Assembly: GCA_022340485.1 (NCBI GenBank)
Contig: JAJDNX010000129.1
Location: forward strand, 1-61,255
Length of the DNA stretch: 61,255 nt
Direction of reading: 5' to 3'
Source: Gammaproteobacteria bacterium
GTDB lineage: Bacteria; Pseudomonadota; Gammaproteobacteria; UBA9214
Shown: piece by piece, positions 7,166-20,593 of the stretch
Layout: every line of letters begins with the position of its first letter
Numbering within the stretch: the first letter of the stretch is position 1
Made by a program: the position numbers and the translations under genes
Notes under the pieces: generated by a model
Databases searched by the model: none
Seen by the model: the letters and a program-made list of their open reading frames with translations, nothing else
What the model was told of the DNA's origin: nothing

Positions 7166-7760
7166 GTGTGTCTTGTCCGGAGTGTGCAATTTCAGTAACC
7201 GGCGCGGCAAAGGATTCGGTCGTATAGCGCCAGACCTCGAGTGTCTCTGACCAGTAATCCGCTGCCAGGCCCGCCTTGATTTTCAGCTGTCGCAAATACT
7301 CGACCGGGTCATTCAGTGACGACCACACGGATGGCAAAAAGGTCCCCCTGTGGCCATTGTCCTGCAGCACCCACCCGGCTTCGCCCGGAACCATTTTTTC
7401 CAGCAGTTCCTGTTCGGAAGTAAAGCTTACCGGCTGTAACGGGCCCAGTACCGATACCTCAATGGTCAAATCATCCACTTCAGAATCGCGGAGACCAACA
7501 AAGCGCGGGTCACGAAATGCCGCGGCATAGGCATTCTCTGCGACACTCTCAAGCAGGCTGGTGCGTGCTTCCAGTGAGCCAATGCAGCCTCGAAGCCGAT
7601 CACCATGCTTTAATGTGACAAAGCTTGCGCGCTGTTCGCCCAGGGATGCCGAATAATCTTTGCTATTCAGGCGTGCGGGCATCCCATGCTGCAATCCGCT
7701 GTGGATTGAATCCAGCGCAATCGAGAGCAGGGCGGCTTTTTCATCGCTGCTATAGGACAT
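7152..7760 (-). CDS. AMMECR1-domain protein (AmmeMemoRadiSam system protein A type)
   Basis: ASFVTLKHGDRLRGCIGSLEA...DPRF...LTIEVSVL...GTFLPSVW are hallmark AMMECR1 motifs. Confidence 0.85.
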   Translation of the reverse strand: MSYSSDEKAALLSIALDSIHSGLQHGMPARLNSKDYSASLGEQRASFVTLKHGDRLRGCIGSLEARTSLLESVAENAYAAAFRDPRFVGLRDSEVDDLTIEVSVLGPLQPVSFTSEQELLEKMVPGEAGWVLQDNGHRGTFLPSVWSSLNDPVEYLRQLKIKAGLAADYWSETLEVWRYTTESFAAPVTEIAHSGQDTLSAG

Positions 7761-7761
7761 G

Positions 7762-8553
7762 TCATTCTGTCAGTAGCCAGGCACCGTAGCCGACGACCTG
7801 GTCATGTGGTCCGGCGGTGTCGCCAGAATTACGCAGGTCAACCGTCCGGATGTTCAGGTGGTGGTTCCGCGCATAGCGCAACAGGCCACTGACCGGATTG
7901 CGACCACAGGCATCATGGTAGCCGATTTTTTCATAGGCCAGCGTCTCGATTGCATGGCAGGTCGCCGCATCACGCACCCTTGCGCTTTCATAGTCAAGGT
8001 AGTGACTCAGGTCCGAGCTGATGACCAGCAGGGTACTGCTATCCCCCCACAGTCGCTCGATGACTTCGGCGACTTCTGCGGCAGATGCATCGCCCACGAC
8101 CAGTGGTATCAGCTTGAAAGTTCCCAGTACCCGCTGCAAGAACGGCAGGTGAACTTCGAGACTGTGTTCCTGCCGGTGCGCAGAATCGTCGACGTGTACC
8201 TGTGGCAACATCAGGATTTTGTTGATTGTCTCCCGGTCCAGTTCAATTTCACCGAGTGGTGTTCTGAACCAGGTGGCAGCAGGTACCGCCAGGCCGCTGA
8301 AGGCCTTGCGATGCGAGGGACCGAGCAAAACCACCTGTTTGATGTGCCCGGCTACCGGGGTCAGGCTGGCATAGCCACTGGCGGCAACCGGCCCGGAGTA
8401 GATGTAACCTGCATGCGGCACGATCATCGCCTTGGGCGGTGGTTGTTGGACGTTTGCGCCTGCAAGCAGTTCATCTAGCAGGGCCTGCAACTCAAGCGGG
8501 TCCGCGGGGTAAAAGCTGCCGGCAACGGCAGGTTCTCTGATTGTTCCCATCAC
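7762..8553 (-). CDS. MEMO1-family protein (AmmeMemoRadiSam system protein B type)
   Basis: REPAVAGSFYP..., IVPHAGYIYSG, EHSLEVHLPFLQ and SSDLSHY are typical of the Memo/dioxygenase-like family. There is a 1-nt gap to the AMMECR1 gene. Confidence 0.85.
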   Translation of the reverse strand: MMGTIREPAVAGSFYPADPLELQALLDELLAGANVQQPPPKAMIVPHAGYIYSGPVAASGYASLTPVAGHIKQVVLLGPSHRKAFSGLAVPAATWFRTPLGEIELDRETINKILMLPQVHVDDSAHRQEHSLEVHLPFLQRVLGTFKLIPLVVGDASAAEVAEVIERLWGDSSTLLVISSDLSHYLDYESARVRDAATCHAIETLAYEKIGYHDACGRNPVSGLLRYARNHHLNIRTVDLRNSGDTAGPHDQVVGYGAWLLTE

Positions 8554-8719
8554 TACACTCCATCACTGCTGGCTGGCCGTTGCAAAAGCCTCATCGGCAC
8601 ATACAGCATTCGGGTCATGCACTAAGTGTGCGCTCGTGATACAGCAACGTACCGCTCGGCTGCACTGTTTTCGTCTGACTTTAGCTTGATTCCCACCTGC
8701 CTGAGATTTTTTCAGCAAG

Positions 8720-10921
8720 TCAGTCGTGCTGTCTTTTCAACACGATTCCTGCAAGCGGCGGCAGGGTCAGTAATAACGAGTGGCTGTGCCCATTGTAGGC
8801 TACCGCTTCAGTGGTAATCTGCCCGCTGTTACCGACATCCGTGCCAGAATAATAGCTGGAGTCAGAGTTCAATAATTCCCTGTAGTGACCCTCAACGGGT
8901 ACACCGACACGATATCCGTACCGTGGGACGGGTGTGAAGTTAAGGACCACGATGACAGCGCTGTCACCGTCACGTCGCAGGTAACTTAATACCGAGGTTT
9001 CTGATGCATTGCTGTCCAGCCACTCGAATCCGTCGGCGGTAAAATCCGCACGATGTAACTCGGGGTTGTCTCGATACAGCTGGTTCAGGTCGCTGATAAG
9101 TGTCAGCATGCCCCGGTGACCATCATATTCAAGCAGATACCACTCGATGCTGGCTTCGCTGTTCCACTCCCGTCCCTGGGCAATTTCATTGCCCATAAAG
9201 AGCAGCTTTTTGCCCGGAAAGGTGAACATATAGGTGTATAGCAGGCGCAGGTTGGCAAGACGCTGCCAGTCATCTCCAGGCTGTTTGTAGAGCATGGAGC
9301 GTTTGCCGTGCACAACCTCATCGTGCGAGAACGGCAACACGAAATTCTCTGTGAAGGCATACAACAGGCCAAAGGTGAGATCATTGTGGTGATATTTGCG
9401 GTGTACCGGTTCGTGTGACATATACCGCAAGGTGTCATGCATCCAGCCCATGTTCCATTTCATGCTGAAACCCAGACCACCGCTATCGGCCGGCCGGCTG
9501 ACACCCGGCCAGGCGGTGGATTCCTCGGCAATGATCATAGTTCCGGGAAATTCGGCATGGGTAATGGTGTTCAGCTCGCGCAGGAACGCCACGGCTTCGA
9601 GATTTTCCCGGCCACCGTAGATATTTGGCAGCCACTCGCCGGCGTTTCGTGAATAATCGTGATATAGCATCGAAGCGACGGCATCGACGCGCAAGCCGTC
9701 GAGATGGAATTCTTCCAGCCAGTAGACTGCACTGGAAAGCAGGAAATTTTTTACTTCATTACGACCGAAATTGTATATCAAGGTACCCCAGTCGCTGTGT
9801 TCGCCGCGCCGCGGGTCCTGGTGTTCATACAGGGAGGTACCGTCAAAATTTGCCAGCCCGTGAGCATCGCGGGGAAAATGCGCAGGCACCCAGTCCAGTA
9901 ACACACCAATGTTGTGCTGGTGGCAGTGGTCCACAAAGAAACGAAAGTCGTCCGGCTCTCCAAAACGACTGGTCGGCGCGAAATAGCCGGTCGTTTGGTA
10001 GCCCCAGGAGGCGTCGAGTGGATGCTCGGTAACAGGCAGCAGTTCAATGTGAGTAAAGCCGGTGCGCTTGAGGTGCTCTACCAGTTCAGTGGCCAGCTGG
10101 CGATAGTTCAGAAAATTTCCGTGTTCGTCTCGTTTCCAGGAACCGAGATGGACTTCATAGATAGAGACAGGGTCTTTTTGCCAGTTTGACAGGCGTCGCC
10201 GCTGCATCCAGACATCATCCTCCCATGAGTAGGGATGCTGTGCGGGCACGCGTGAAGCGGTGGCCGGCCGCATTTCAAAGTGTTGCCCGTAAGGATCTGT
10301 TTTAAGGTGGATTAGCCCCTGGTCGCGGGTTCGTATCTCGTATTTGTAGGGTTGACCGCCCCCCAGGCCGGGCATGAAGATCTCCCAAACACCGCTATTG
10401 CCAAGCACCTGCATGGCATGGCAACGGCCATCCCAGTTATTAAAATCACCCACCACGCTAACGCGCTCTGCCGAAGGAGCCCAGACTGCAAAGCGTACCC
10501 CGTGTATACCATCTACCTTGGCCTTGTGCGCACCGAGAACCCGGTAGATGTGCCAGTGACTACCTTCTGCGAACAGGTGCAGGTCAAAATCGGATATTTG
10601 TAGCGGAAAGCAATAAGGATCATAGGCAACGTGCTCTGCACCGTGACTGTCTTTCCATATCAGGCGGTAGCGGTCAGGCACCTGGTTGGCAGGGCCATGC
10701 CAGGCAAACAGATCCGTATTGCCCATTCGCTGCATGGTAGCGCCGTTTTCAGCGATGCGGACCCAGGCCGCACCGGGTATAAAGGCACGTACCAGATCCA
10801 TGTCATTGAAGTTATGCTTGCCAAGCAGGGCAAACGGTTCATGATGGCGCGTATCAATCAGGCGCTGTACATCAGCGGAGAATGCTGTTGCCGCTGGTTT
10901 GTCCGGATGGTCTTGCAGCAT
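8720..10921 (-). CDS. glgB: 1,4-alpha-glucan branching enzyme
   Basis: 733 aa. GH13 motifs [39 protein letters not shown], plus an N-terminal CBM48-like region. Confidence 0.95.
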   Translation of the reverse strand: MLQDHPDKPAATAFSADVQRLIDTRHHEPFALLGKHNFNDMDLVRAFIPGAAWVRIAENGATMQRMGNTDLFAWHGPANQVPDRYRLIWKDSHGAEHVAYDPYCFPLQISDFDLHLFAEGSHWHIYRVLGAHKAKVDGIHGVRFAVWAPSAERVSVVGDFNNWDGRCHAMQVLGNSGVWEIFMPGLGGGQPYKYEIRTRDQGLIHLKTDPYGQHFEMRPATASRVPAQHPYSWEDDVWMQRRRLSNWQKDPVSIYEVHLGSWKRDEHGNFLNYRQLATELVEHLKRTGFTHIELLPVTEHPLDASWGYQTTGYFAPTSRFGEPDDFRFFVDHCHQHNIGVLLDWVPAHFPRDAHGLANFDGTSLYEHQDPRRGEHSDWGTLIYNFGRNEVKNFLLSSAVYWLEEFHLDGLRVDAVASMLYHDYSRNAGEWLPNIYGGRENLEAVAFLRELNTITHAEFPGTMIIAEESTAWPGVSRPADSGGLGFSMKWNMGWMHDTLRYMSHEPVHRKYHHNDLTFGLLYAFTENFVLPFSHDEVVHGKRSMLYKQPGDDWQRLANLRLLYTYMFTFPGKKLLFMGNEIAQGREWNSEASIEWYLLEYDGHRGMLTLISDLNQLYRDNPELHRADFTADGFEWLDSNASETSVLSYLRRDGDSAVIVVLNFTPVPRYGYRVGVPVEGHYRELLNSDSSYYSGTDVGNSGQITTEAVAYNGHSHSLLLTLPPLAGIVLKRQHD

Positions 10922-11067
10922 TTGTATGATGGTCTGTCAGGGGCAACGCGTAGCAGGTGATTTACAGCAAAATTTCAGCGCCTTGTAACTATACAGTCAA
11001 ACCTCTTGGCCATACAATATCGCCCAACTTCAATTTCACAAACACCAGCAGCTGCCCCACCTTAACA

Positions 11068-12336
11068 ATGCCAAATACTGAAAATCTACGCTATATCAGC
11101 CGACTGACCCGCAACACCCTGGCTCTTATTCTGGCCGGGGGGCGAGGTTCCCGATTGCGCCAGCTGACACTGTGGCGCGCCAAACCCGCCGTACCCTTTG
11201 GGGGAAAATTCCGCATTATTGATTTCCCGCTTTCGAACTGCGTGAACTCGAATATCCGTATGATCGGTGTCTTGACACAATACAAGGCACATTCCCTGAT
11301 CCAGCATATTCAGCACGGCTGGAGCTTCCTGCGAGGTGAATTCAAGGAATTTGTCGAGCTATTGCCGGCGCAGCAAAGGATTCAGGACTCCTGGTACTCG
11401 GGTACCGCAGACGCGGTATACCAGAATCTCGACATTATCCGTACACATAAACCGGACTATGTCCTGATTCTTGCAGGCGACCACGTCTACAAAATGGATT
11501 ATGGCCCCATGATTGCCTATCATGTCAACAACGGAGCAGACATGACGGTGGGATGCATTGAAGTACCGCTCGAAACTGCCAAGGCATTCGGTGTCATATC
11601 AGTCGATGCCGTTGGCCGCGTTACCCGTTTCAAGGAAAAACCCGCCGAGCCGGAACCCATCCCCGGCAGCACCGATACCGCGCTGGCCTCCATGGGTATC
11701 TATGTCTTCAACACGGCATTTCTCTACGAGCAGTTAATCAAGGACGCGGATTCCAGTGCCTCAACTCATGATTTCGGCCACGATATCATCCCTGCACTGA
11801 TCAAGAGATACCGGGTTTTCAGCTACCCGTTCCGGTCATCGGACGAGGGGCAGAATCCCTATTGGCGCGATGTCGGTACCATCGACTCCTTTTGGGAATC
11901 CAATCTGGAACTTATCGGGGTGTTGCCGGAGCTCAACCTCTACGATGACCAGTGGCCCATCTGGACTTATCAGGAACAGCTGCCGCCGGCGAAATTCATT
12001 TTCGACGATGATGACCGTCGTGGCATGGCGCTGGATTCGATGGTATCGGGCGGCTGCTTGATATCCGGCGCCACGGTACGGCATTCACTGCTGTTCTCGA
12101 ATGTGCGCATTGGGTCCTATACGCTGCTGGAGGATGTCGTGGCATTGCCCAACGTGCGTATTGGCCGCAATTGCCGGGTTACCAAGGCAATCATTGATAA
12201 AAACTGCGATCTGCCCGACGGTATTATCATCGGTGAAGATCCGGTTGCCGATGCCGAGCGTTTCTATGTCAGTCCCAATGGTGTAGTCCTGGTCACCCCC
12301 GAGATGCTTGGCCAGGAAATCCATCATGTCCGCTGA
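11068..12336 (+). CDS. glgC: Glucose-1-phosphate adenylyltransferase
   Basis: [42 protein letters not shown] is the classic GlgC N-terminus. The start was trimmed to the ATG at 11068 (MPNTENLRY...). Confidence 0.95.
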   Translation: MPNTENLRYISRLTRNTLALILAGGRGSRLRQLTLWRAKPAVPFGGKFRIIDFPLSNCVNSNIRMIGVLTQYKAHSLIQHIQHGWSFLRGEFKEFVELLPAQQRIQDSWYSGTADAVYQNLDIIRTHKPDYVLILAGDHVYKMDYGPMIAYHVNNGADMTVGCIEVPLETAKAFGVISVDAVGRVTRFKEKPAEPEPIPGSTDTALASMGIYVFNTAFLYEQLIKDADSSASTHDFGHDIIPALIKRYRVFSYPFRSSDEGQNPYWRDVGTIDSFWESNLELIGVLPELNLYDDQWPIWTYQEQLPPAKFIFDDDDRRGMALDSMVSGGCLISGATVRHSLLFSNVRIGSYTLLEDVVALPNVRIGRNCRVTKAIIDKNCDLPDGIIIGEDPVADAERFYVSPNGVVLVTPEMLGQEIHHVR

Positions 12337-14032
12337 GTCACCGCTCAGCCTTGTCATCTGCTGGCACATGCACCAGCCCCAGTACTGCGACCTGATTAGC
12401 GGCACCTACCAGTTACCCTGGTCTTATCTGCACGCCACCAAGGATTACATCGACATGGCGGCACACCTGGAAGCCGTGCCGGAAGCACGTGCAGTGGTTA
12501 ACTTTGCACCGATCCTGCTGGAACAGTTGTCCGACTATGCCGGCCAGATCAACGGATTTCTGTCCGAACACAAACACATCCGGGACCCGCTGCTGGCCGC
12601 ACTGGTCAGTCACGTACTGCCCGTCAGCAAGGATCAGCGGATGGAGCTTGTCAGTGCCTGTCTGCGTGCCAACAAGCTGCGCTCGATCAAGCGCTTCGAG
12701 CCTTATCAGAAGCTTGCCGAGATGGCCGGCTGGTTTCATGAACATCCTTCCGGCATGTTGTATATCGGTGACCTGTTTATTACCGACCTGTTGGTTTGGT
12801 ACCACCTTGCGTGGATGGGAGAAACGGTTCGGCGCAACAACAAGCTGATCCAGCAGCTGATGGAAAAGGGGACAGGCTTCACGCTGCATGAGCGGCGCGA
12901 GCTGGTGAAGCTGATTGGCGAGTTGCTCTCCAGCGTCATCGATCGCTACCGGGAACTTGCCGAAGACGGACACATCGAGCTGGCGATGTCACCTTATGCG
13001 CACCCGATCATGCCCCTGCTACTGGATATCGATACCGCCAAGGAAGCAATGCCGGATGTCCAGATGCCGCACCTGTCTGCCTATCCGGGTGGCGAGGAAC
13101 GGGCAAGCTGGCACCTGAAGGAAGGTATCGCAACTTTCAAACAGTTTTTCGGCAAACGCCCGAACGGCTGCTGGCCTTCAGAGGGCGGTGTCAGTATGGC
13201 GTCACTGTCCCAGCTTGAAGAATTCGGATTCACCTGGGCTGCCAGCGGTGAGTCGGTATTTCGTCACAGCCAGTCAAATGAGGTCAATCACGAGATCTCT
13301 GACAGCAGTCTGTACCAGGGTTTCAGGACGGGAGAAGGAAGACTTGCCTGTTTTTTTCGCGACGATGGCCTCTCAGACCTGATCGGCTTTACCTATTCTG
13401 ACTGGCATGCCGACGATGCCGTAGGGAATCTCATCGAGCATCTTGAGAATATTGCAGCCAGTACCCACCACATGGACGACCCGCTGGTATCCATCATCCT
13501 CGATGGTGAGAATGCCTGGGAACACTTTCCGGAGAATGGCTACTATTTCCTCAATACACTATACAAGCGCCTTGCTGCCCATCCCGGCATCAGGATGACC
13601 ACTTTTTCCCGATACCTGGAAACCAAGCACAAACTTCCACGCATCAAGAAACTGGTAAGTGGCAGCTGGGTATACGGAACGTTTTCAACCTGGATTGGCG
13701 ACAAGGACAAGAACCGCGGCTGGGAAATGCTGGCAGATGCAAAAAATGCCTTCGATGAGAGCATGCAGGAAAACCACCTGGGCAGTGAAGAGTTACTGGC
13801 AGCCCAGCACCAGCTCTCCATTTGCGAGGGTTCCGACTGGTTCTGGTGGTTTGGTGACTACAATTCGGCCGATACCGTGAGTGATTTTGAACGTATCTTT
13901 CGCATGCACTTGTCCAATCTCTACAACATGCTCGGCAAAGAGCCACCGGAGTATCTTGCCAGGGTCTTTGCTCAAGGTGGAGGTGAGCCGGTGCAGGGCG
14001 GTGTCATGCGCAAGGGCCAGTACACAGCATAG
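12326..14032 (+). CDS. Glycoside hydrolase family 57 protein (alpha-glucan-active; specificity unknown)
   Basis: All five GH57 conserved regions are readable: [27 protein letters not shown] (nucleophile Glu), [11 protein letters not shown] (acid/base Asp) and [10 protein letters not shown]. The ATG at 12326 overlaps the glgC stop by 11 nt. Confidence 0.85.
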   Translation: MSAESPLSLVICWHMHQPQYCDLISGTYQLPWSYLHATKDYIDMAAHLEAVPEARAVVNFAPILLEQLSDYAGQINGFLSEHKHIRDPLLAALVSHVLPVSKDQRMELVSACLRANKLRSIKRFEPYQKLAEMAGWFHEHPSGMLYIGDLFITDLLVWYHLAWMGETVRRNNKLIQQLMEKGTGFTLHERRELVKLIGELLSSVIDRYRELAEDGHIELAMSPYAHPIMPLLLDIDTAKEAMPDVQMPHLSAYPGGEERASWHLKEGIATFKQFFGKRPNGCWPSEGGVSMASLSQLEEFGFTWAASGESVFRHSQSNEVNHEISDSSLYQGFRTGEGRLACFFRDDGLSDLIGFTYSDWHADDAVGNLIEHLENIAASTHHMDDPLVSIILDGENAWEHFPENGYYFLNTLYKRLAAHPGIRMTTFSRYLETKHKLPRIKKLVSGSWVYGTFSTWIGDKDKNRGWEMLADAKNAFDESMQENHLGSEELLAAQHQLSICEGSDWFWWFGDYNSADTVSDFERIFRMHLSNLYNMLGKEPPEYLARVFAQGGGEPVQGGVMRKGQYTA

Positions 14033-14064
14033 TCTGCAGCAAACGGCTATCTTTTCTGTCTGGC

Positions 14065-15525
14065 GTGAAGAATCCACTGAAACATCGCCGTGCCGGGGTG
14101 CTGCTGCATCCAACCTCCTTACCCGGTGCGCGTGCGCAAGGCAATATCGGACGGGATGCACGCCGCTTTGTTGATTTTCTTCAGGAGGCAGGGATTGGTG
14201 TCTGGCAAATGTTGCCGCTTGGACCCACACATACAGACGGCTCGCCGTATCAATGCCTGTCCGCACATGCCGGCAATACGAGCCTGATCTGTCTCGATGA
14301 TCTGGTTGAATTGGACTGGTTGTCGGCTGAATCCGCCTGCAACGCACCTATTGCGGACTGCCTGGTAGAGGCAAAAAGCACTTTTGAAGCCACGGCAAGT
14401 ACCCTGGATGTCGGGGCCTACAAAAAGTTCAGGCGCCAGCACGCGTTCTGGCTGGATGCCTATTCACTGTATCTGGCCATCAGGCAGCAACAGGACTACC
14501 GTCCCTGGTACCAGTGGCCAGAGAATCTGCGTGACTGGCAACAGGCCCGTTCCCTCCGTGAAAAATATCGCGAAGGCATTGAGCAGGCCTGTTTCGAGCA
14601 ATACCTGTTTTACAGCCAGTGGTCGGCGTTACGCCACTATGCGAATGAACGCTGTCTGGCATTGTTCGGTGACATGCCCATTTACGTCGCGCATGACAGT
14701 GCCGATGTCTGGTCCAACGCCGAAATCTTCAGCATCGACAAGAGCGGGGCTCTGATCACCGTAGCCGGGGTGCCACCGGATTATTTCTCTGCGACCGGTC
14801 AGCGCTGGGGAAATCCGCTGTATCGCTGGGATCTGCTCGAGAAGCAGGGCTATGCCTGGTGGGTGGAACGTTTCAAAACACAGCTGGAACTGTTCGATCT
14901 TTTGCGGCTGGATCATTTTCGCGGCTTCGAGAAATACTGGGAAATTCCCGCGTCGGCTGAAACGGCGATTGACGGTCGCTGGATAGAGGGCCCCGGTGCC
15001 AGCCTGTTTGAGCGCTTGCGAGAGGTGTATGGTGAGTTACCACTGGTCGCTGAAGACCTCGGCATCATAACACCTGAAGTGGATGCCCTGCGGCTTGCCT
15101 ACGGTTTTCCGGGCATGAAGATACTGCAGTTTGCTTTTGATGGCGGGGAGGACAACCCCTATCTACCACATAATCATGAGCGCCTGTCGATTGTTTATAC
15201 CGGTACACACGACAACGATACAACACTGGGCTGGTATGACAGCCTCAATGAGCAGGAAAAGGAGAGGGTAAACAACCACCTGGAAAAATACCGGAAGGAT
15301 ATGCCATGGAGACTCATCGAAGCGGCGCTGGATTCCGTCGCCACGCTTGCCATGTTCCCACTGCAGGACCTGTTGTCACTCGGCAGTGAAGCCCGGATGA
15401 ATACCCCGGGTACGATGGAAAACAACTGGCGCTGGCGGTTCACCTGGTCACAGGTCGAGCCATACCTGGCAGCTCAGCTACACGGCCTGATCATACGCTA
15501 CGGCAGAGACAGCGCCTGCTTATAG
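14065..15525 (+). CDS. malQ: 4-alpha-glucanotransferase (amylomaltase, GH77)
   Basis: RRAGVLLHPTSLPG, WQMLPLGPT, GDMPIYVAHDSADVW, RLDHFRGF, VAEDLG, YTGTHDNDT. Confidence 0.9.
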   Translation: MKNPLKHRRAGVLLHPTSLPGARAQGNIGRDARRFVDFLQEAGIGVWQMLPLGPTHTDGSPYQCLSAHAGNTSLICLDDLVELDWLSAESACNAPIADCLVEAKSTFEATASTLDVGAYKKFRRQHAFWLDAYSLYLAIRQQQDYRPWYQWPENLRDWQQARSLREKYREGIEQACFEQYLFYSQWSALRHYANERCLALFGDMPIYVAHDSADVWSNAEIFSIDKSGALITVAGVPPDYFSATGQRWGNPLYRWDLLEKQGYAWWVERFKTQLELFDLLRLDHFRGFEKYWEIPASAETAIDGRWIEGPGASLFERLREVYGELPLVAEDLGIITPEVDALRLAYGFPGMKILQFAFDGGEDNPYLPHNHERLSIVYTGTHDNDTTLGWYDSLNEQEKERVNNHLEKYRKDMPWRLIEAALDSVATLAMFPLQDLLSLGSEARMNTPGTMENNWRWRFTWSQVEPYLAAQLHGLIIRYGRDSACL

Positions 15526-18078
15526 CCAGATGATGTGTCCGGTCTCGAAGGGGTGGGACAGCAACGGATGATACGGATAGAGACGCAGCTTGTAGAACTG
15601 TAAGCCGGATAACGGTGGCGACAGGTCAATACTGAACACCGCCTCACCATCGCGGGTGGTTCCTGCCGGTCGTAGACGGATATACTCACGTTCCACGAAG
15701 GTGTCGTGTTCGGTATTGGTCCCGATGATGCATTCAAGCACCACATCCTCAGCCGTCAGCCCACCCAGCGTAACCGCGACCTCGATTTTCAGGCTATCAC
15801 CGGACATCAGCCAGGTTTTGGCTTCATCGATGCGACGCAGGGATACGTCTTTCCAGGCAGCGTTGATCCTGGCCTTCCACGCGGCAAGCTCTTTTACACC
15901 CTTGTAATCATCCGCGCAGAGTTTGCTGTTCTGGCGGCTTGCCGGTGCGTAAAAGTTGGTAATGTAATCCCGCACCATCCGCTGCGAATTGTAATTCGGT
16001 ATGATCGATTTCATCGATGCCTTGGAGATGCTTACCCAGCTCTCGGAATATCCCTGGGTATTACGGTCGTAGTAGAGCGGTGCAATCTTGCTTTCCAGCA
16101 GATCCAGCAGCTCACTGGCTTCCTCATGGTTGCGGTACTCAGGGTCAAAGTGAGGATCATGCGGCGTAATGGCCCAGCCATTCTCACCGTTATAGCCTTC
16201 CGCCCACCAGCCATCCAGCACACTGAGGTTGATGACACCGTTCATGCCTGCTTTCTGCCCGGAGGTACCGCTGGCTTCAAGCGGGTATTCGGGTGTGTTC
16301 AGCCAGACATCCACACCGGTAACCAGTTTGCGGCCCATGGCGAGATCGTAGCCTTCGAGCAGCAGGATATGACCGATGAACTCGGGCATGATTGAGAATT
16401 CATGGATGGTCCGGATCAGTTGCTGGCCGGGCGCATCACTCGGGTGAGCCTTGCCGGCAAATATCAGCAAGATGGGTCGTTGAGGATTTTTCAGTATCCG
16501 GCTGAGACGTTTCGGATCGGAAAATAACAGCGTGGCACGCTTGTAGGTGGCGAAGCGTCGGGCAAATCCGATTGTCAGGATATCCGATTCGCCGCTGCTT
16601 ATGTGCTGGGTGAGGCGCTCCATTAGCACCTCGCTGCAGCCATTGCGGCGATACTGGTGCAGTGCACGCGACAGGACATTTCCAAACAACTCTGTTTTCA
16701 GCGACTGGCGCAGGCTCCAGTAACTATGGTCGGGAATTTCGTCGATGCATTCCCAGTAGTCTTCATTCAGCAGTTCGTCTCGCCAGGCACGGCCAAATCG
16801 CATGTCGTACAGATTGGACCATTCGCGCGCCAGGAATGTCTGCAGATGCACGCCATTTGTGACGTAACGGATGGGGTTTTCCCGGTAGGGGACATCCGGC
16901 CAGATGTAGTGCTCCATCTCCGAGGCAACCGTTCCATGGATACGACTGACACCATTATGAAAACGCGAGCCACGCAAGGCCAGCGCGGTCTGGTTAAAGG
17001 TGCCGTGATTCCCCGGTGTTGCACCCAGCTGCAGGAACTGCTGCATATCAATGCCCAGGTCCCTGATGTAGTCTCGAAAGTAGCTGGCTACCAACTCATG
17101 ATCAAAGATGTCGTGGCCTGCTGCTACAGGTGTGTGCGTGGTAAAGACCGTACCGGCTGCGATCATCTCCAGTGCACAGGGAAAGTCAAAGCCTTTCAGC
17201 GTGCCTTCGCGGCAGCGTTCCAGGATCTGGAAGGCGGAATGACCTTCATTGATATGCCAGACGGTTGGTTTCAGTCCCAGTGCCCGCAAGGCCCGCACAC
17301 CGCCAATACCTAGCACGATTTCCTGCTGAATCCGGGTATTTCTGTCTCCCCCATAGAGCTGGTGGGTAATGATGCGGTCGTGTTCCTGGTTGCGGTCCAG
17401 ATCACTGTCCAGCAGGTACAACCTGATATGTCCTGCCTTGGCACACCAGACACGCAGGTAGACCTTGCGTCCCGGAAAGTCGATCTCGATCAGCAGCGGT
17501 TCGCCTTGTGTGTCAACAGCCTGGGTAACGGGCAGGTCATAAAAATCTGAGGGCGTGTAGTGCGAAATCTGGGTACCGTGTTCATCGATCGTCTGGTTGA
17601 AATAGCCCTGGCGGTAAAGGATACCCACGGCAACAAAAGGGATGCACAGGTCGCTGGCGGCCTTGCAGTGGTCACCCGCAAGGATGCCAAGACCACCCGA
17701 GTAAATGGGTAGACTCTCGTGGAAACCAAATTCTGCGCAGAAGTAGGCGATCAGGTCTTGTTGCGCATCAATGTGTTCACTGATGCTGGCAGGCATGGAC
17801 TGCGTATGATAGGTATCGTAGGCTGCAAGAACCCGTTGGTAATCCTCCATGAAAACGCGGTCTTTGGCGGCCGCCTCGAGCCGTTCTTGCGAGATCCGTC
17901 GTAAAAAGGTTTTTGGATTGTGGCCGGAACTCCCCCAGAGATCCTGGTCAAGCCGGGTAAACAGGCGCCTGACCTGCCGGTCCCAGCTGTAAAAAAGGTC
18001 ATTGGCCAGGTCTTCGAGTTGTTTTAGTGCCGCCGGTATGCGTGGCTGCACTTCGAGGGAAAATCGTGTGCCTGACAT
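15520..18078 (-). CDS. glgP: Alpha-glucan phosphorylase (GT35, DUF3417-type N-terminus)
   Basis: 852 aa. IAYFCAEFGFHESLPIYSGGLGILAGDH, WHINEGHSAF, EASGTSGQKAGMNGVINLSVLDGWW (PLP-Lys region). Confidence 0.9.
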   Translation of the reverse strand: MSGTRFSLEVQPRIPAALKQLEDLANDLFYSWDRQVRRLFTRLDQDLWGSSGHNPKTFLRRISQERLEAAAKDRVFMEDYQRVLAAYDTYHTQSMPASISEHIDAQQDLIAYFCAEFGFHESLPIYSGGLGILAGDHCKAASDLCIPFVAVGILYRQGYFNQTIDEHGTQISHYTPSDFYDLPVTQAVDTQGEPLLIEIDFPGRKVYLRVWCAKAGHIRLYLLDSDLDRNQEHDRIITHQLYGGDRNTRIQQEIVLGIGGVRALRALGLKPTVWHINEGHSAFQILERCREGTLKGFDFPCALEMIAAGTVFTTHTPVAAGHDIFDHELVASYFRDYIRDLGIDMQQFLQLGATPGNHGTFNQTALALRGSRFHNGVSRIHGTVASEMEHYIWPDVPYRENPIRYVTNGVHLQTFLAREWSNLYDMRFGRAWRDELLNEDYWECIDEIPDHSYWSLRQSLKTELFGNVLSRALHQYRRNGCSEVLMERLTQHISSGESDILTIGFARRFATYKRATLLFSDPKRLSRILKNPQRPILLIFAGKAHPSDAPGQQLIRTIHEFSIMPEFIGHILLLEGYDLAMGRKLVTGVDVWLNTPEYPLEASGTSGQKAGMNGVINLSVLDGWWAEGYNGENGWAITPHDPHFDPEYRNHEEASELLDLLESKIAPLYYDRNTQGYSESWVSISKASMKSIIPNYNSQRMVRDYITNFYAPASRQNSKLCADDYKGVKELAAWKARINAAWKDVSLRRIDEAKTWLMSGDSLKIEVAVTLGGLTAEDVVLECIIGTNTEHDTFVEREYIRLRPAGTTRDGEAVFSIDLSPPLSGLQFYKLRLYPYHPLLSHPFETGHIIWL

Positions 18079-18151
18079 CTAAGGTTCCTGTACTAGTGGA
18101 AAATTTCGGGATCAAGCATTCCGCTGATTCTTTAAATAATGGTGCAAATAA

Positions 18152-18238
18152 TGGTGCCGAGGGCGAGAGTCGAACTCGCACGGTATTGCTACCGGTGGAT
18201 TTTGAGTCCACTGCGTCTACCAGTTCCGCCACCCCGGC
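18152..18238 (-). tRNA. tRNA-Leu(CAA), long variable arm, CCA encoded
   Basis: Manual cloverleaf of the reverse complement: GCCGGGG/CCTCGGC acceptor, anticodon loop CTCAAAA, 15-nt variable arm, T-arm GCGAG-TTCGACT-CTCGC. Confidence 0.9.
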
Positions 18239-18270
18239 ATTCAGGTGCCACCGAATCATAAAGGCCGCTT

Positions 18271-18298
18271 AGTATAAAGATTCCGCGCTCATGGGCAA
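18271..18298 (-). promoter_or_regulatory. Candidate sigma-70 promoter for tRNA-Leu(CAA)
   Basis: Minus strand: TTGCCC (18298-18293), 16-nt spacer, TATACT (18276-18271). It lies about 33 nt upstream of the tRNA 5' end. Confidence 0.4.
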
Positions 18299-18337
18299 GC
18301 ATCAGCCAAAAGCAGGGCTGTGCTACTATCACGCGCC

Positions 18338-20502
<2,165 letters not shown>

Positions 20503-20593
20503 TACCGCGCTTTTATCGGGATCATCCCCTTTCGGACATCCAGAACAGCGTACCAGGCCGTCTTTGCAAACGGCATAAAGGAGTGAAACAAGC

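Noticed and set aside
7804-8478. 224-aa plus-strand ORF
   Set aside because: It is antisense to the well-supported MEMO-family gene, a shadow ORF of a GC-rich coding region.
13793-14347. 184-aa minus-strand ORF spanning the GH57/malQ junction
   Set aside because: It is antisense to two confidently identified genes and has an Arg/Pro/Cys-rich composition typical of shadow frames.
15706-17313. 229-aa and 218-aa plus-strand ORFs (15706-16395 and 16657-17313)
   Set aside because: Both are antisense to glgP and have no motifs.
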